The translations under genes and the position numbers were made by a program. From an uncultured Gemmatimonadales bacterium (GTDB lineage Bacteria > Gemmatimonadota > Gemmatimonadetes > Gemmatimonadales > GWC2-71-9), in NCBI GenBank assembly GCA_963705985.1, contig CAVPLK010000006.1:347067-411066 (forward strand): a stretch of DNA of 64,000 nucleotides, written 5' to 3'. Below the pieces are notes generated by a model, which saw nothing but the letters and a program-made list of their open reading frames with translations, searched no databases and was not told the DNA's origin. Of this stretch, positions 31,866 to 41,826 are shown in pieces (positions within the stretch are counted from its first letter, which is position 1; each line of letters begins with the position of its first letter).

Positions 31866-33722
31866 CTAGTCGTCCCGCACCATGCCGGATTCCACCCAGG
31901 CATACCTGCCCGCCGTCGTCTTCTGCGCGACGGCGTAATTGATCACGTCGTCGTTATCGAAGAGCGCGGCGAAGCGGTCGTCGATCCGGCGGCGCGCGTT
32001 CCGGGCGAAGGCGTCGGCCAGCTCGATGGGCGAGCGATCGGCGGGGTTCTTGGTGACCATCGCCTGGGCGCGGCTGATGGTGGCCGAGATGGCGAAGAGC
32101 TCGGCGCCGATCTCGACCAGCCGGCCGAGTACGGCCTGGCGCTTCTCGAGCTTGGGGCCGAAGCGGATCATGGCGTGGAAGAGCGACCGCGCCAGCTTCC
32201 GCGAGCGCCGCTCGGCGAAGCGGAGGTGGGTGGCGAGCGGCCCGAAGGCGCCGTACCCGAAGCGGCCCTTCAGCCCGATCCAGAGCTTCGGGTACCAGAG
32301 GGCGTAGAAGGCGCCGGCGCCGAAGAGCGCCTTCACCTTGGTGCCGGTCGAGGACTTCGGGTCGATCAGCGCGCCGGCCACCTTGAGGTGGGTGTCCACC
32401 GCCTCGCGCGCGATGAAGAGCCGCATGATTTCGCTGGAGCCCTCGAAGATCAGGTTGATGCGGTAGTCGCGCATCATCCGCTCCACGGGGTCGGGGCGCT
32501 CGCCCCGACTCCGCAGGCTGTCGGCGGTCTCGTAGCCGCGCCCGCCCTTGATCTGCAGCAGGTCGTCCACGATCCGCCACCCGACCTCGGAGTTCCACAT
32601 CTTGGCGATGGCCGCCTCGAGGCGGATATCCACGGTGCCCTTGTCGGCCATGAGGGAGGCGAGGTCGCTCACCGACTCCATGGCAAAGGTGTCGGCCGCC
32701 ATTTTCCCGAGCTTCTGCGCCACGGCGTCGTGCTTCCCGATGGGCGCGCCCCACTGCTGCCGCTCGGCCGCCCAGATGCGGGCAATCTCGAGTGAGCGCT
32801 TGGCGCCGGCCGCGCAGGAGGCGGGGAGGGTCAGGCGCCCGGTGTTGAGCGTGACGAGCGCGAGCTTGAGCCCCTTGCCCTCGCCCCAGATGATGTTCTC
32901 CGCCGGCACTTTCACGTTGGTGAAGCGGATCAGCCCGTTCTCGATGGCCTTGAGCCCCATGAAGTGCAGCCGCTCGACCACCTCGACGCCGGGCCAGTCG
33001 GCCTCGACGATGAAGGCGCTGATCTTCTTGCCGGTCCGGGCCATGACCACCATCAACTCGGCGATGGTGCCGTTGGTGCACCAGAGCTTCTCGCCGTTGA
33101 GGATGTAGTGGCTGCCGTCGTCGGAGAGCACCGCCGTCGTGGCGACACCGGCGGGATCGGAGCCGACCCCGGTCTCGGTGAGCGCGAACGCGGAGATGGC
33201 GCCCCTGGCGAGCCGGGGGAGATACTTCTTCTTCTGGGCGTCGGTGCCGAACAGCTTGAGCGGCACCGGCACGCCGATCGACTGGGCGGCGGACAGCAGC
33301 GCCGTCATGCTGCCGTCGTTGCTGGTCACCAGGCTGATGGCCTTGGTGTAGCTGTACTGGCTCAGCCCCAGCCCGCCGTACTCCTCGCCGATCTTGAGCC
33401 CGAACGCGCCCATCTGGCGGAGTTCCTCGATGATTTCCGGCGGGATCTTTCCTTCCCGGTCAATCTTGTCGCTGTCCACCTTCTCGCGCATGAACTTCTC
33501 GAGCCGCTCCATCAGCGGCCTGGCCTTGGCCAGGTCCGTGGGGTCGGGCTCGGGGAAGGGGTGGATCAGGTCGAGGTCGTAGTCCCCCTCGAAGAGTTCG
33601 CGGACGAAGCTCCGGGACGACCAATCCTGCTCGCGTGCGGCCTCGGCAACGTCGCGGGCTTCCTGCTCGGTCGTCTTCGGCGCGAGGTCGCGGTGGGTCG
33701 GTTGCTTGATGGCGGTTGTCAT
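31866..33722 (-). CDS. long acyl-CoA dehydrogenase (FadE-like, about 618 aa)
   Basis: ACAD-like N-terminal, middle and C-terminal regions (GLSQYSY, FALTETGVGSDPAG, IFEGSSEIMRLFIAREA) plus a C-terminal extension. Confidence 0.85.
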   Translation of the reverse strand: MTTAIKQPTHRDLAPKTTEQEARDVAEAAREQDWSSRSFVRELFEGDYDLDLIHPFPEPDPTDLAKARPLMERLEKFMREKVDSDKIDREGKIPPEIIEELRQMGAFGLKIGEEYGGLGLSQYSYTKAISLVTSNDGSMTALLSAAQSIGVPVPLKLFGTDAQKKKYLPRLARGAISAFALTETGVGSDPAGVATTAVLSDDGSHYILNGEKLWCTNGTIAELMVVMARTGKKISAFIVEADWPGVEVVERLHFMGLKAIENGLIRFTNVKVPAENIIWGEGKGLKLALVTLNTGRLTLPASCAAGAKRSLEIARIWAAERQQWGAPIGKHDAVAQKLGKMAADTFAMESVSDLASLMADKGTVDIRLEAAIAKMWNSEVGWRIVDDLLQIKGGRGYETADSLRSRGERPDPVERMMRDYRINLIFEGSSEIMRLFIAREAVDTHLKVAGALIDPKSSTGTKVKALFGAGAFYALWYPKLWIGLKGRFGYGAFGPLATHLRFAERRSRKLARSLFHAMIRFGPKLEKRQAVLGRLVEIGAELFAISATISRAQAMVTKNPADRSPIELADAFARNARRRIDDRFAALFDNDDVINYAVAQKTTAGRYAWVESGMVRDD

Positions 33723-33748
33723 ATGAGCCTCACGCTTAGCTTGGGGAG

Positions 33749-34405
33749 TCAGGACTGGGACCGACCGAGCGTGCCCGAGAGCACGAGGTCGATGACATGG
33801 CGCTTGCGCGCCACGAGGAATTCGGGCGTCGTCGCGTTGATGCCCAGGGCGCGGAGCATCGTCTTGGAGTGCACCAGCGGGAACCAGCAGAGGCCGATCA
33901 CGCTGAGGAGGAGCTGGGCCGCCTCGCCGGGGTTGGCGGGGTCGAGCGCCAGCTCATCGCTGAGGGCGGCGAGGGCTTCCTGTGCCGCCTCGACGTGCGG
34001 CGGCACTTCCTCGAGCGTCCGGCCCCCGGTCAGCGCCTCCCATTCGATGAGGCGCACGAAGTAGGGATTGGCGGTGATGAAATCGAAGTACTCGGAGACG
34101 ATGCCGGCCAGTACCTTGTCGGCCGACTCGCCGCTGGCCATGGCCCGGGCCCGCCCGCTCCGCACGGCGCTCCGCACCTCGGAAAAACAGCGCTCCAGCA
34201 CCGCACGATAGAGGTCGGCCTTGGAGCCGAAGCAGTACCCGGGGGTGCCACGGGAGACTCCGGCCGCCGTCCCCACGTCGTTGAGACTGGTGGCCTCGAA
34301 CCCCCGCTCGGCGAAGAGCCGCTCGGCGGCATCGAGCACCGCCTCCCGCGTGGCGCGGGAACCGGGCTTCTCGGGCTCGAGCAGTTGAGGGGCAACAGAA
34401 GCCAT
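33749..34405 (-). CDS. TetR/AcrR-family transcriptional regulator
   Basis: The N-terminal HTH region REAVLDAAERLFAERGFEATSLNDVGTAAGVSRGTPGYCFGSK follows the TetR pattern. Confidence 0.85.
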   Translation of the reverse strand: MASVAPQLLEPEKPGSRATREAVLDAAERLFAERGFEATSLNDVGTAAGVSRGTPGYCFGSKADLYRAVLERCFSEVRSAVRSGRARAMASGESADKVLAGIVSEYFDFITANPYFVRLIEWEALTGGRTLEEVPPHVEAAQEALAALSDELALDPANPGEAAQLLLSVIGLCWFPLVHSKTMLRALGINATTPEFLVARKRHVIDLVLSGTLGRSQS

Positions 34406-34422
34406 GGTGCCTCCAGAATGGC

Positions 34423-34444
34423 ACTTGCTTGACGTATAGCAAGT
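34423..34444. promoter_or_regulatory. candidate TetR operator (inverted repeat)
   Basis: ACTTGCT-TGACGTAT-AGCAAGT: 7-bp perfect inverted arms, 18-39 nt upstream of the tetR ATG, in a locally AT-richer stretch. Confidence 0.45.
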
Positions 34445-34605
34445 TGGCGAAATCGGCCTCAGAATACAAGCTTCTGCGGTAACAGCTTTTCAACGCGAAG
34501 ACGCGAAGAGGCGCGGAACTCCACGCCCTGCCCCAGATCACAATCGGCCGCAGTGACCGAGGTGTTGCGGCGTAACCAGTTGCACCACAACGCTTTGGAT
34601 TCTCG

Positions 34606-34635
34606 CACTGGACCCCGGCTTTCGCCGGGGTGACG
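34606..34635 (-). repeat. REP-like palindromic element, family 1 (half copy)
   Basis: The reverse complement CGTCACCCCGGCGAAAGCCGGGGTCCAGTG matches the copies at 57122, 62520 and 62684. It lies 4 nt downstream of the dinB stop. Confidence 0.7.
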
Positions 34636-34638
34636 GGC

Positions 34639-35871
34639 CTATTGCCCAGCAGCCCCGCTGCCCCCCTGCCCAGCCGTCCCGCTTCCCCGCTTCCCCGCCT
34701 TCCTCACCAGACTCCCGGCCTTCGCCGCATCGAACCCGAACCGCTCCCTGACCCGGTCCACCGCCGAGGTCAGCTGCCGCAGCCTGGTCCGTTCCGGCGG
34801 CTCGAAGAGGTCGGGCATCGGCGCCTCCACCAGGTTGGTCGCCGCCACGCCGATCAGCCGCACCCCCCGGCCGCGGGTGCGGACTTCCCCAAAGGCGGTC
34901 TCCAGGAGCACGCGGGCGGCGCCGATCAAGTCGGCGTCCAGATCGGTGGCGGCCGTGAGGGTCTGGCTGCGCGTGATGGTGACGAAGTCCCCGTGGCGGA
35001 GCTTGAGCGTCACGGTCCGCGCGGCCAGCCCCTCCTTTCGCAGCTGACTCGCCACGTGCGTGGCGAGGCGCAGCAAGATCTGTTGGAGACGCGATTGATC
35101 CGCGGTGTCGCGATCCAGGGTCGTCTCCCGGCTGATGGACTTCGTTTCCTGCCGTGCCCGGAGTACCCGCCCGCCGTGCCCGTGCGCCCGCCGCTTGAGG
35201 TGCTTCGCCTCGTCGCCGATCAATTTCGCCAGCTCGGCGACCGACCGCGCCTGCACCTGCCACACTTCGGTCAACCCGAGCGACTCCAGCCGCCTGGCCG
35301 ACTTCGGCCCGACCCCAGGCAGGGCCTTGAGCAGGAGGCCAGCCACGAACCCCTCCTCCCACCCCTCACGGACCTCCATCAATCCACGGGGCTTGGCGGC
35401 ATCGGAGGCGAGCTTGGCGACCATCCGGTTCGGGCCGATGCCGATGCTGCAGTCGAGCCCCGCCTCGGCCCGCACCCGGTCGCGGAGTTGCTCCGCCACC
35501 GGCAGGAGCGACACCGGGTAGAGCCGGTCGGTGCCGGAGAAATCGAGGTAGCCCTCGTCGAGCGACGCCATGACCACCAGCGGCGAGAATTCCTGCAGCA
35601 CGCCCCGAACGGTGCGCGACGCGCGGCGGTAGTCGTCGAAGGCAGTCTGCACGAAGGTGGCGCCGGGGCAGCGCCGCGCCGCCTCGCTCGAGGCCATGCC
35701 CGCCCGCACCCCGAACGCCCGCGCGCCGTACGATGCCGACTGCACCACGCCGCGTCCCGTCGGCTGCCCTCCAACGATCAGGAGGTCCACCGCGCGGAGC
35801 TCCGGCCGGAGCTGGCGGCAGACCTCCACGAAGAAGGCGTCGAGATCGACGTGCAGAAAGCGGATCGTCAC
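34639..35871 (-). CDS. dinB: DNA polymerase IV (Y-family)
   Basis: LHVDLDAFFVEVC, SASYGARAFGVRAGM, SLDEGYLD. The Gly/Ala/Gln-rich C-terminal tail is encoded by octamer-repeat-like DNA. Confidence 0.9.
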   Translation of the reverse strand: MTIRFLHVDLDAFFVEVCRQLRPELRAVDLLIVGGQPTGRGVVQSASYGARAFGVRAGMASSEAARRCPGATFVQTAFDDYRRASRTVRGVLQEFSPLVVMASLDEGYLDFSGTDRLYPVSLLPVAEQLRDRVRAEAGLDCSIGIGPNRMVAKLASDAAKPRGLMEVREGWEEGFVAGLLLKALPGVGPKSARRLESLGLTEVWQVQARSVAELAKLIGDEAKHLKRRAHGHGGRVLRARQETKSISRETTLDRDTADQSRLQQILLRLATHVASQLRKEGLAARTVTLKLRHGDFVTITRSQTLTAATDLDADLIGAARVLLETAFGEVRTRGRGVRLIGVAATNLVEAPMPDLFEPPERTRLRQLTSAVDRVRERFGFDAAKAGSLVRKAGKRGSGTAGQGGSGAAGQ

Positions 35872-35875
35872 CGGG

Positions 35876-36856
35876 TCAAGGGAGCGTCACCGCCGCCACG
35901 CTGGCGCCCGTGATCGGCTGCCCGGCGTTGGCGCCGATGGGGAGGTTCAGGTTTGCGAGATACATCGTGTTGCCCAGCCTGGTGAGTTCGGCGGGGAAGC
36001 GGAGGGCGTTGTCCGCGCCGCCCGGCGCGCTCGACACCACGATCGTCACCGTCCCGTCGGGCCCGATGCGCGCCAGCGTGTTCCGGTAGTTCGCGGCGAC
36101 CCAGAGGTTGTCCTGGTCGTCGAAGACCAGCCCGTCGGCCCCGATGAGGCGGTCATCCTGAACGAACCTGGCGATCGACCGCGGCAGGTACCCGGCGCCG
36201 ATGACCAGGCTGGTGATTTCCCCGGTGCCGGTGTTGGCGGTGAAGACCACGCCCTTGCTGTCGATGGCCACGCCGTTCACGGAATAAGGCCGCACCGGCA
36301 GGGTCGTGTCGGGGGCGATCCTCGAGTACCCCATGGCCGCGATGGCGGCCGGCCCACCACCCGGACCGACGTGATAGAGGTTGCCGGTCGACCCGCCGGA
36401 GATCCAGAGATGCCCGCCCGCGTGATCGAACGCCAGCGCGTTCGCGCCGTCGGCCCCGGTGGCGAAGACGGTGGCGTCCCGTGCCGGGTCGAAGTCCCTT
36501 GCCCCGAGGCGACCGGCCGCCACCCGGTACACGGTGCCCGACTCCGGCACGGCCAGGTAGAGGTTCCCCATCGTGTCCATCCGCATCCCGAGCACCGCGC
36601 TGCCAGGGGGGACCGGGAGCGCGCCGACTGCCCGGGGGACCGGGTCCGTCGGATCGATCCGATAGATCGTCCCGTCCTTCCAGTCGCAGACGTAGAGCAG
36701 GCCGCCGAACTCCGCGATGCCCTCGATGGTGGAGCCGCTGTCCCCGACGGTCGTCAGCACCGATTGACCCGCCGTGGGAACCGGGGCCTTCCGGTCGGCA
36801 CGCTCGCCGCAGGCGATCGTGGAGAGCAGGAGGAGGGAGATGATCGCGCTGCGCAT
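35876..36856 (-). CDS. SMP-30/gluconolactonase/LRE-like beta-propeller lipoprotein
   Basis: MRSAIISLLLLSTIAC lipobox with GAGGA 8 nt upstream. Repeated blade-like segments (LYVCDWKDGTIYRID, NLYLAVPESGTVYRV, GNLYHV, NLWVAANYRNTLARI). Confidence 0.7.
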   Translation of the reverse strand: MRSAIISLLLLSTIACGERADRKAPVPTAGQSVLTTVGDSGSTIEGIAEFGGLLYVCDWKDGTIYRIDPTDPVPRAVGALPVPPGSAVLGMRMDTMGNLYLAVPESGTVYRVAAGRLGARDFDPARDATVFATGADGANALAFDHAGGHLWISGGSTGNLYHVGPGGGPAAIAAMGYSRIAPDTTLPVRPYSVNGVAIDSKGVVFTANTGTGEITSLVIGAGYLPRSIARFVQDDRLIGADGLVFDDQDNLWVAANYRNTLARIGPDGTVTIVVSSAPGGADNALRFPAELTRLGNTMYLANLNLPIGANAGQPITGASVAAVTLP

Positions 36857-36870
36857 GGAATGATTCCTCA

Positions 36871-37935
36871 CTACACGAGGTGAATCGCGGTGGCCTTGAC
36901 GGTGACGACGACCTCGACCCCGGCGCCCAGGCCCAATTCGTCGGCGGAGGCGGTGGTGACGGCGGCGGTCAACGGCCGGCCCGCGTCGAGATGGACATAG
37001 CTCACCGGGCCAACCCGCTCCACCCGGCTGACCACGGCGGCGAACCGGTTGCGGGCGGAGCCGGGCAGCGGCTCGCGGCTGAGGAGGAGATCCTCCGGCC
37101 GCAAGACGGCGTGGGCGGGCCCCTCCCGCTCCGCGACCACTTCGAACCTGAGGGGCGCGCTCTCAAACCAGGCGGCGAAGGGACCGTCGCCCTCCCCCGC
37201 CTCCTGGCGGCTCACCTCACCGCGCAGCACCGTGCCGGTCCCGATGAACCTCGCCACGAACGCCGAATTGGGGAAGCGAAAGACCTCCTCCGGGCGACCG
37301 AGCTGGGCGATCCGCCCCTCGGCCAGGACCGCCACCACATCCCCGAGGCGGAGGGCCTCGTCGAAATCGTGCGTCACCTGCAGCGTCGTGACCTGTTCGT
37401 GCGCGTGAATGGCGCGCAGTTCCCGGCGGAGCATGTGGCGGGTGGCGGGATCGACGGCCGCGAACGGCTCGTCGAGCAGGAGGATGCTGGGCCGCGGGGC
37501 GAGCGCCCGGGCCAGCGCCACCCGCTGCGTCTCCCCGCCGCTCAGTCCGTGGATCGAACGGCCGAGCAGCGACTCGATGCCGAGCAGGGCGGCGAGCTCC
37601 CGGACCCGCTCGAGTTGTCCGGCGGGGGGGAGGGATCCGCGGAGGAGCCCGTAGCGGATATTGTCGCGCACATCGAGATGGGGAAAGAGGTGGTAGTTCT
37701 GGTAGACGAAGCCGACGCCGCGCCGTTCGGGCGCGACCGCGGTGACATCCTCGCCGTGCAGGTGGATCCGGCCGTGGAGTGGGGGGACATGCCCCGCCAC
37801 CGTCTCGAGGAGGGTGGTCTTGCCGGAGCCTGAAGGGCCGATGAGGAGCCCGTACCCACCACTCGGCACCTCGAACGAGATGTCCTCCAGGGAGAAGTCG
37901 CCGACCCGGACCGACAGCCGATCGAGGCGGATCAT
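36871..37935 (-). CDS. ABC transporter ATP-binding protein (molybdate/tungstate/sulfate type with TOBE-like C-terminus)
   Basis: GPSGSGKTT, LSGGETQRVALARAL, LLLDEP. The start overlaps the permease stop (ATGA). Confidence 0.85.
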   Translation of the reverse strand: MIRLDRLSVRVGDFSLEDISFEVPSGGYGLLIGPSGSGKTTLLETVAGHVPPLHGRIHLHGEDVTAVAPERRGVGFVYQNYHLFPHLDVRDNIRYGLLRGSLPPAGQLERVRELAALLGIESLLGRSIHGLSGGETQRVALARALAPRPSILLLDEPFAAVDPATRHMLRRELRAIHAHEQVTTLQVTHDFDEALRLGDVVAVLAEGRIAQLGRPEEVFRFPNSAFVARFIGTGTVLRGEVSRQEAGEGDGPFAAWFESAPLRFEVVAEREGPAHAVLRPEDLLLSREPLPGSARNRFAAVVSRVERVGPVSYVHLDAGRPLTAAVTTASADELGLGAGVEVVVTVKATAIHLV

Positions 37936-38756
37936 CGATGTTCCGCCGGTTGAAGGATCCGGACCAGGGCAAAGACCCCGAGGGCCACGGCCAGGAGCAG
38001 CAGGGCGGCGGGGACGGCGGCGGGGAGACCCAGGGTGGTGAAGCGGTCGTAGATCAGGACGCTGGCCACCTGCGGGTTGTAGGTGAGGATGACGATGGCG
38101 CCGAACTCGCTCACGCTGCGGGCCCAGGCGAGGACGGCGGCCGCCAGGATGCCCCGGCCCGCGAGGGGGAGGGTGACGCGCCGGAAGACGATGGCCGGGG
38201 AGTCGCCGAGGGTGCGGGCCACCCGTTCGAGGCGGGGGTCCACGGCGCGGAACGCTTCCCGCGCGCCGCTCACCAGGATCGGGACCGAAACGAAGAGCAT
38301 CCCCGCCACGATGCCGGGGATATGACTGACGAATTCGATGCCCAGCCTGGCGAATGCACCGCCGACGGTCGAGTTCCGGCCGAGAAACAGCAGGAGCGCG
38401 ATGCCGGCGACGGGGTGGGGAATCACGACCGGCAGCTCGACGACGGCCTCGATGAACCGGCGGCCGCGGAAGGATCGGCGGGCCAGGAGGTAGGCGAGCG
38501 GGATACCGAGGCACGCCCCGATGAGGGTCGCCGCGGTGGCGGTGCCGAGGGTGAGCGCGATCGATGCGACGAGTTCCTGGTCGCGCACGGCGTCGCTCAG
38601 GCTGGCGGGGGTGGCCAGAAAGAGGAGGCGAAGCAGGGGCCCGACGATGAACAGGACGAGGAGCGCACCCAGTGCGGCGAGCGCGACGCTACTCCAGGAG
38701 AGGCGCGTCGGCATCGATGACGAGGCCCCGGGGGGCAGGCTATCTTTGGGGGTCAT
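37932..38756 (-). CDS. ABC transporter permease (CysTW/ModB-like)
   Basis: Six hydrophobic segments and the loop motif ARSVSEFGAIVIL. No cognate binding-protein gene is adjacent. Confidence 0.8.
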   Translation of the reverse strand: MTPKDSLPPGASSSMPTRLSWSSVALAALGALLVLFIVGPLLRLLFLATPASLSDAVRDQELVASIALTLGTATAATLIGACLGIPLAYLLARRSFRGRRFIEAVVELPVVIPHPVAGIALLLFLGRNSTVGGAFARLGIEFVSHIPGIVAGMLFVSVPILVSGAREAFRAVDPRLERVARTLGDSPAIVFRRVTLPLAGRGILAAAVLAWARSVSEFGAIVILTYNPQVASVLIYDRFTTLGLPAAVPAALLLLAVALGVFALVRILQPAEHR

Positions 38757-38833
38757 GGCTCGCGCGTAGCGTACGCCCCCCCGGGGCTGGCGTCAACGGT
38801 GAGCCTCGAACCCCCAGTGAGTCCGGAGGCAAC

Positions 38834-39334
38834 ATGCAAATCGGGAAGGCCGTGCAGGCCGCCATGAACGACCAGATCCACAAGGAACTCGAGTCAGCGT
38901 ACCAGTATCTGGCGATGTCCGCGTATTTCAGCGGCATCAACCACCCCGGTTCCGCCTCCTGGATGCGGATCCAGGCGCGGGAGGAGCTCGGCCACGCGAT
39001 GAAGTTCACCGACTTCGTCGAGGACCGCGGCGGGGCGATCGTCCTGCGCGAGCTGGCGGCGCCCCCGAGCAGCTTCACGTCGCCGCTCGCCGCCTTCGAA
39101 GCCGCCGTGCACCAGGAGGCCACGGTCTCCGCCAGCATCAATGCGCTCTTCGAGCTGGCCGCCAAGGAAAAGGACTACGCCTCGCAGGCGCTGCTGCAGT
39201 GGTTCATCACGGAGCAGGTGGAGGAGGAGAAGACCAGCCGCGGGATCGTCGACACGCTCCGACTCATCGGCACCAACACCTCCGGGCTGTACATGTTCGA
39301 CCGTGAACTCGGCCGCCGCGGTCAGGCCGGCTGA
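38834..39334 (+). CDS. ferritin-like iron storage protein
   Basis: MQIGKAVQAAMNDQIHKELESAYQYLAMSAYF...EELGHAMKF...EQVEEE shows ferroxidase-centre residue spacing. Confidence 0.85.
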   Translation: MQIGKAVQAAMNDQIHKELESAYQYLAMSAYFSGINHPGSASWMRIQAREELGHAMKFTDFVEDRGGAIVLRELAAPPSSFTSPLAAFEAAVHQEATVSASINALFELAAKEKDYASQALLQWFITEQVEEEKTSRGIVDTLRLIGTNTSGLYMFDRELGRRGQAG

Positions 39335-40221
39335 TGCGCATCGCCTTTCTCGGGCTCGGCGCCATCGGGACGCCCATGGCCGTCCACGTCGCCAAGGCCC
39401 ACGAGCTCCGCGTGTGGAATCGCACCGGTGCCAAGGCCACGGCGTTTGCCGCGGCGCACCCTGCCACCGTGGCCGCGACGCCCCGTGAGGCGGTGGCCGG
39501 TGCGGAGGTCGTCATCACCTGCCTTCCCACCTCCGCCGACGTCGAGGCGCTGCTCGACGGCCCCGACGGATTGCTCGCCGGGATGGGGCGGGGGACGCTG
39601 TTCCTCGACTGCACCTCGGGAGATCCCGGCACGACACGGAGGATCGGGGCGCGGCTCGCATCGCTGGGGGTCGAGTTTGCCGACGCGCCGGTGAGCGGCG
39701 GGACCAACGGCGCCGTAGCCGGCACCCTCACCGTCATGGTCGGCGGCAGCGACGAGGTCTTTGCGCGCGCCCGTCCGGTGCTGGAGTGCTTCGGCCGGCG
39801 GGTGGAGCAGATGGGACCGCTGGGGGCGGGCCATGCGATGAAGGCGGTCAACAACGCGCTGCTGGCGGTCAACCTCTTCGCGGTGGGCGAGGGCCTGGCT
39901 GCCCTGGTGAAGAGCGGCATCTCCGCCCAGAAGGCGGTGGAGGTCCTCAACGCGTCGAGCGGCCGGAGTTTCGTCAGCGAATACCTGGTGCCGGAGCGGG
40001 TCCTGACGCGGCTCTGGCCGCTCAGCTTTCGGCTCGCGCTGCTCGACAAGGACGCCCGCATCGGCGCGGAGTTCCTCGAGGGGCAGGGGGTCGCCGGCCC
40101 GGTCCTGCACCTGACCTCGGAACTGCTGGGCCAGGCGCGTGCCGTCCTCGGCGAGGAAGCCGATTACCTGGCGCCGATCCAGCTCATCGAGCAAGCGGCC
40201 GGGGTGGAGTTGCGCGGGTGA
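39334..40221 (+). CDS. NAD(P)-dependent oxidoreductase, 3-hydroxyisobutyrate dehydrogenase family
   Basis: MRIAFLGLGAIGTPMA Rossmann motif, DAPVSGG, GAGHAMKAVNN. Confidence 0.85.
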   Translation: MRIAFLGLGAIGTPMAVHVAKAHELRVWNRTGAKATAFAAAHPATVAATPREAVAGAEVVITCLPTSADVEALLDGPDGLLAGMGRGTLFLDCTSGDPGTTRRIGARLASLGVEFADAPVSGGTNGAVAGTLTVMVGGSDEVFARARPVLECFGRRVEQMGPLGAGHAMKAVNNALLAVNLFAVGEGLAALVKSGISAQKAVEVLNASSGRSFVSEYLVPERVLTRLWPLSFRLALLDKDARIGAEFLEGQGVAGPVLHLTSELLGQARAVLGEEADYLAPIQLIEQAAGVELRG

Positions 40222-41018
40222 CCGAGCATTCCCAGCCGAATCCGGGCGGGGCGCCCATCCTGGTGCTCGTGGCCCCGCAGGACATCGTCAACATCGCGAG
40301 CGCCGTCCGACTCGCCAAGAATTTCGGGATCACCGGCATCCGGCTGGTGAACCCCGAAGTCTTCGATCCGTGGCGGATCGAGGGGATCGCGCACAACACC
40401 GCCGACCTCGTGGCCCGCATCGAGACGTTCACGTCGCTGTCCGACGCGCTCGCGGACACGGTCTACAGCGTGGCCCTCACCGCCCGGGGGCGCGCCGCCA
40501 AGCGGACGGTGCTGGAGCCGCGCGAGGCGGCCACGGAGCTGGTGGCGAACGCGGGAGCCGGGCCGGTGGCGATGGTGTTTGGCCGGGAAGACAAGGGACT
40601 GAGCAACGACGAACTGGATTTCTGCCGGGCGCTGGTCTCGATCCCGACCAGCGCGGAGTACACCTCGATGAACCTGGCGCAGGCCATCGGGGTGATGAGC
40701 TATGAGACGTGGCGGGTCCGGATCGGCGCGGACATTCCGACCAAGCCCCCCCGGCGGCGCGCGGCGGCGGCGGCGGCCGACCAGATCGAATGGCTCTTCA
40801 CCGACTGGACGCGCGCACTCTGGGCCATCGACTTTTTCAAGACGCGCCGCCACGACCACGTGATGCGCTCCTTCCGGGAGATCGTCTTTCGGGCCGGTCT
40901 CGACGGACGGGAGGCGTCGCTGCTTCGGGCCATGGGGATCGAAGTGCGCCGCTATCTGGAACGGGCGGGCGTGGCGCCGGCAGGTGAGCCGCCCGGGGCG
41001 GACGCCGACGAACCGTGA
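40218..41018 (+). CDS. SpoU/TrmH-family RNA 2'-O-methyltransferase (TrmJ-like)
   Basis: The GTG overlaps the upstream stop (GTGA). Motifs VFGREDKGLSNDEL and IPTSAEYTSMNLAQAIGV. Confidence 0.8.
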   Translation: MTEHSQPNPGGAPILVLVAPQDIVNIASAVRLAKNFGITGIRLVNPEVFDPWRIEGIAHNTADLVARIETFTSLSDALADTVYSVALTARGRAAKRTVLEPREAATELVANAGAGPVAMVFGREDKGLSNDELDFCRALVSIPTSAEYTSMNLAQAIGVMSYETWRVRIGADIPTKPPRRRAAAAAADQIEWLFTDWTRALWAIDFFKTRRHDHVMRSFREIVFRAGLDGREASLLRAMGIEVRRYLERAGVAPAGEPPGADADEP

Positions 41019-41216
41019 TACGGGGCCGCCGTACCACGGTTCTGGCTCGCTGAGCCGGGCACGACCGTCCACAGTCGCAATGCTCGCGGCCGCGCCGGGG
41101 CGAGTTGGCTATGGAGACGACCGTCCGCCGCCGGTCGCGCACAGGCGGGCGCTTCCCTCCGCCGCCGGCTCCCCCGTAGATTTCCGGATCCTCTCCCCTT
41201 TCGGACGGAGCCACCC

Positions 41217-41702
41217 TTGGCGCGATCGAGTTCCTACTGGCAGGGCAATCACTATCCCGACTCGTCCGCCGAGCCGGAGGCCAAGGCGCCGCTGAAGGAC
41301 CTGCCGGCCCCCGTGGCCGCCCGGTTCAGGCTGGTCCGCGAAGGGCTCCGCGGCATCCCCGGCGTCATCGAACATGTGAAGTTCCTCGGTCCCCAGTGGC
41401 GATGGGCCTGGGAGTACACCCTCGGCAACCGGAAGCTCTGCTGGATGCACATCATGCACGACGGTGTGAGCGCCACCTTCACCATCTCGGATGTCGAGGA
41501 GCGAAAGGTGGATGACGCCCGCCTGCCGGCGTCGGTCGTTCACGCGATTGCCGAGGCGCAGCGCACCGGTCCAGTGCGCTGGTGCTGGCTGGCGCTCTCC
41601 GATCAGCGGCTGGCCACGGCGTTTCTGGGCTTCGCAAAGAAGAAGGCGGAGTGGATGCGTGCGGAGGCCCCGCCAGGCTCCCTCCGGCGGGCAGCAGGGT
41701 GA
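41217..41702 (+). CDS. hypothetical protein
   Basis: 161-aa ORF with ordinary composition. No family confidently recognised. Confidence 0.5.
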   Translation: MARSSSYWQGNHYPDSSAEPEAKAPLKDLPAPVAARFRLVREGLRGIPGVIEHVKFLGPQWRWAWEYTLGNRKLCWMHIMHDGVSATFTISDVEERKVDDARLPASVVHAIAEAQRTGPVRWCWLALSDQRLATAFLGFAKKKAEWMRAEAPPGSLRRAAG

Positions 41703-41751
41703 GTTTCGCAATCCCGAGTGACGGAGTCGTCTATCGTACCGCGGGGCAGGG

Positions 41752-41779
41752 TTGTGATTCCTTTGGGTGGGCATATAAT
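41752..41779 (+). promoter_or_regulatory. candidate sigma70-type promoter upstream of actA
   Basis: TTGTGA-N16-TATAAT. A perfect -10 hexamer is conspicuous in this GC-rich DNA. It lies 107 nt upstream of the actA ATG. Confidence 0.4.
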
Positions 41780-41826
41780 ACGGCCTGCGCAGGGCAAGGC
41801 GATTCCCTCCGCTGCACTTGCGACTT

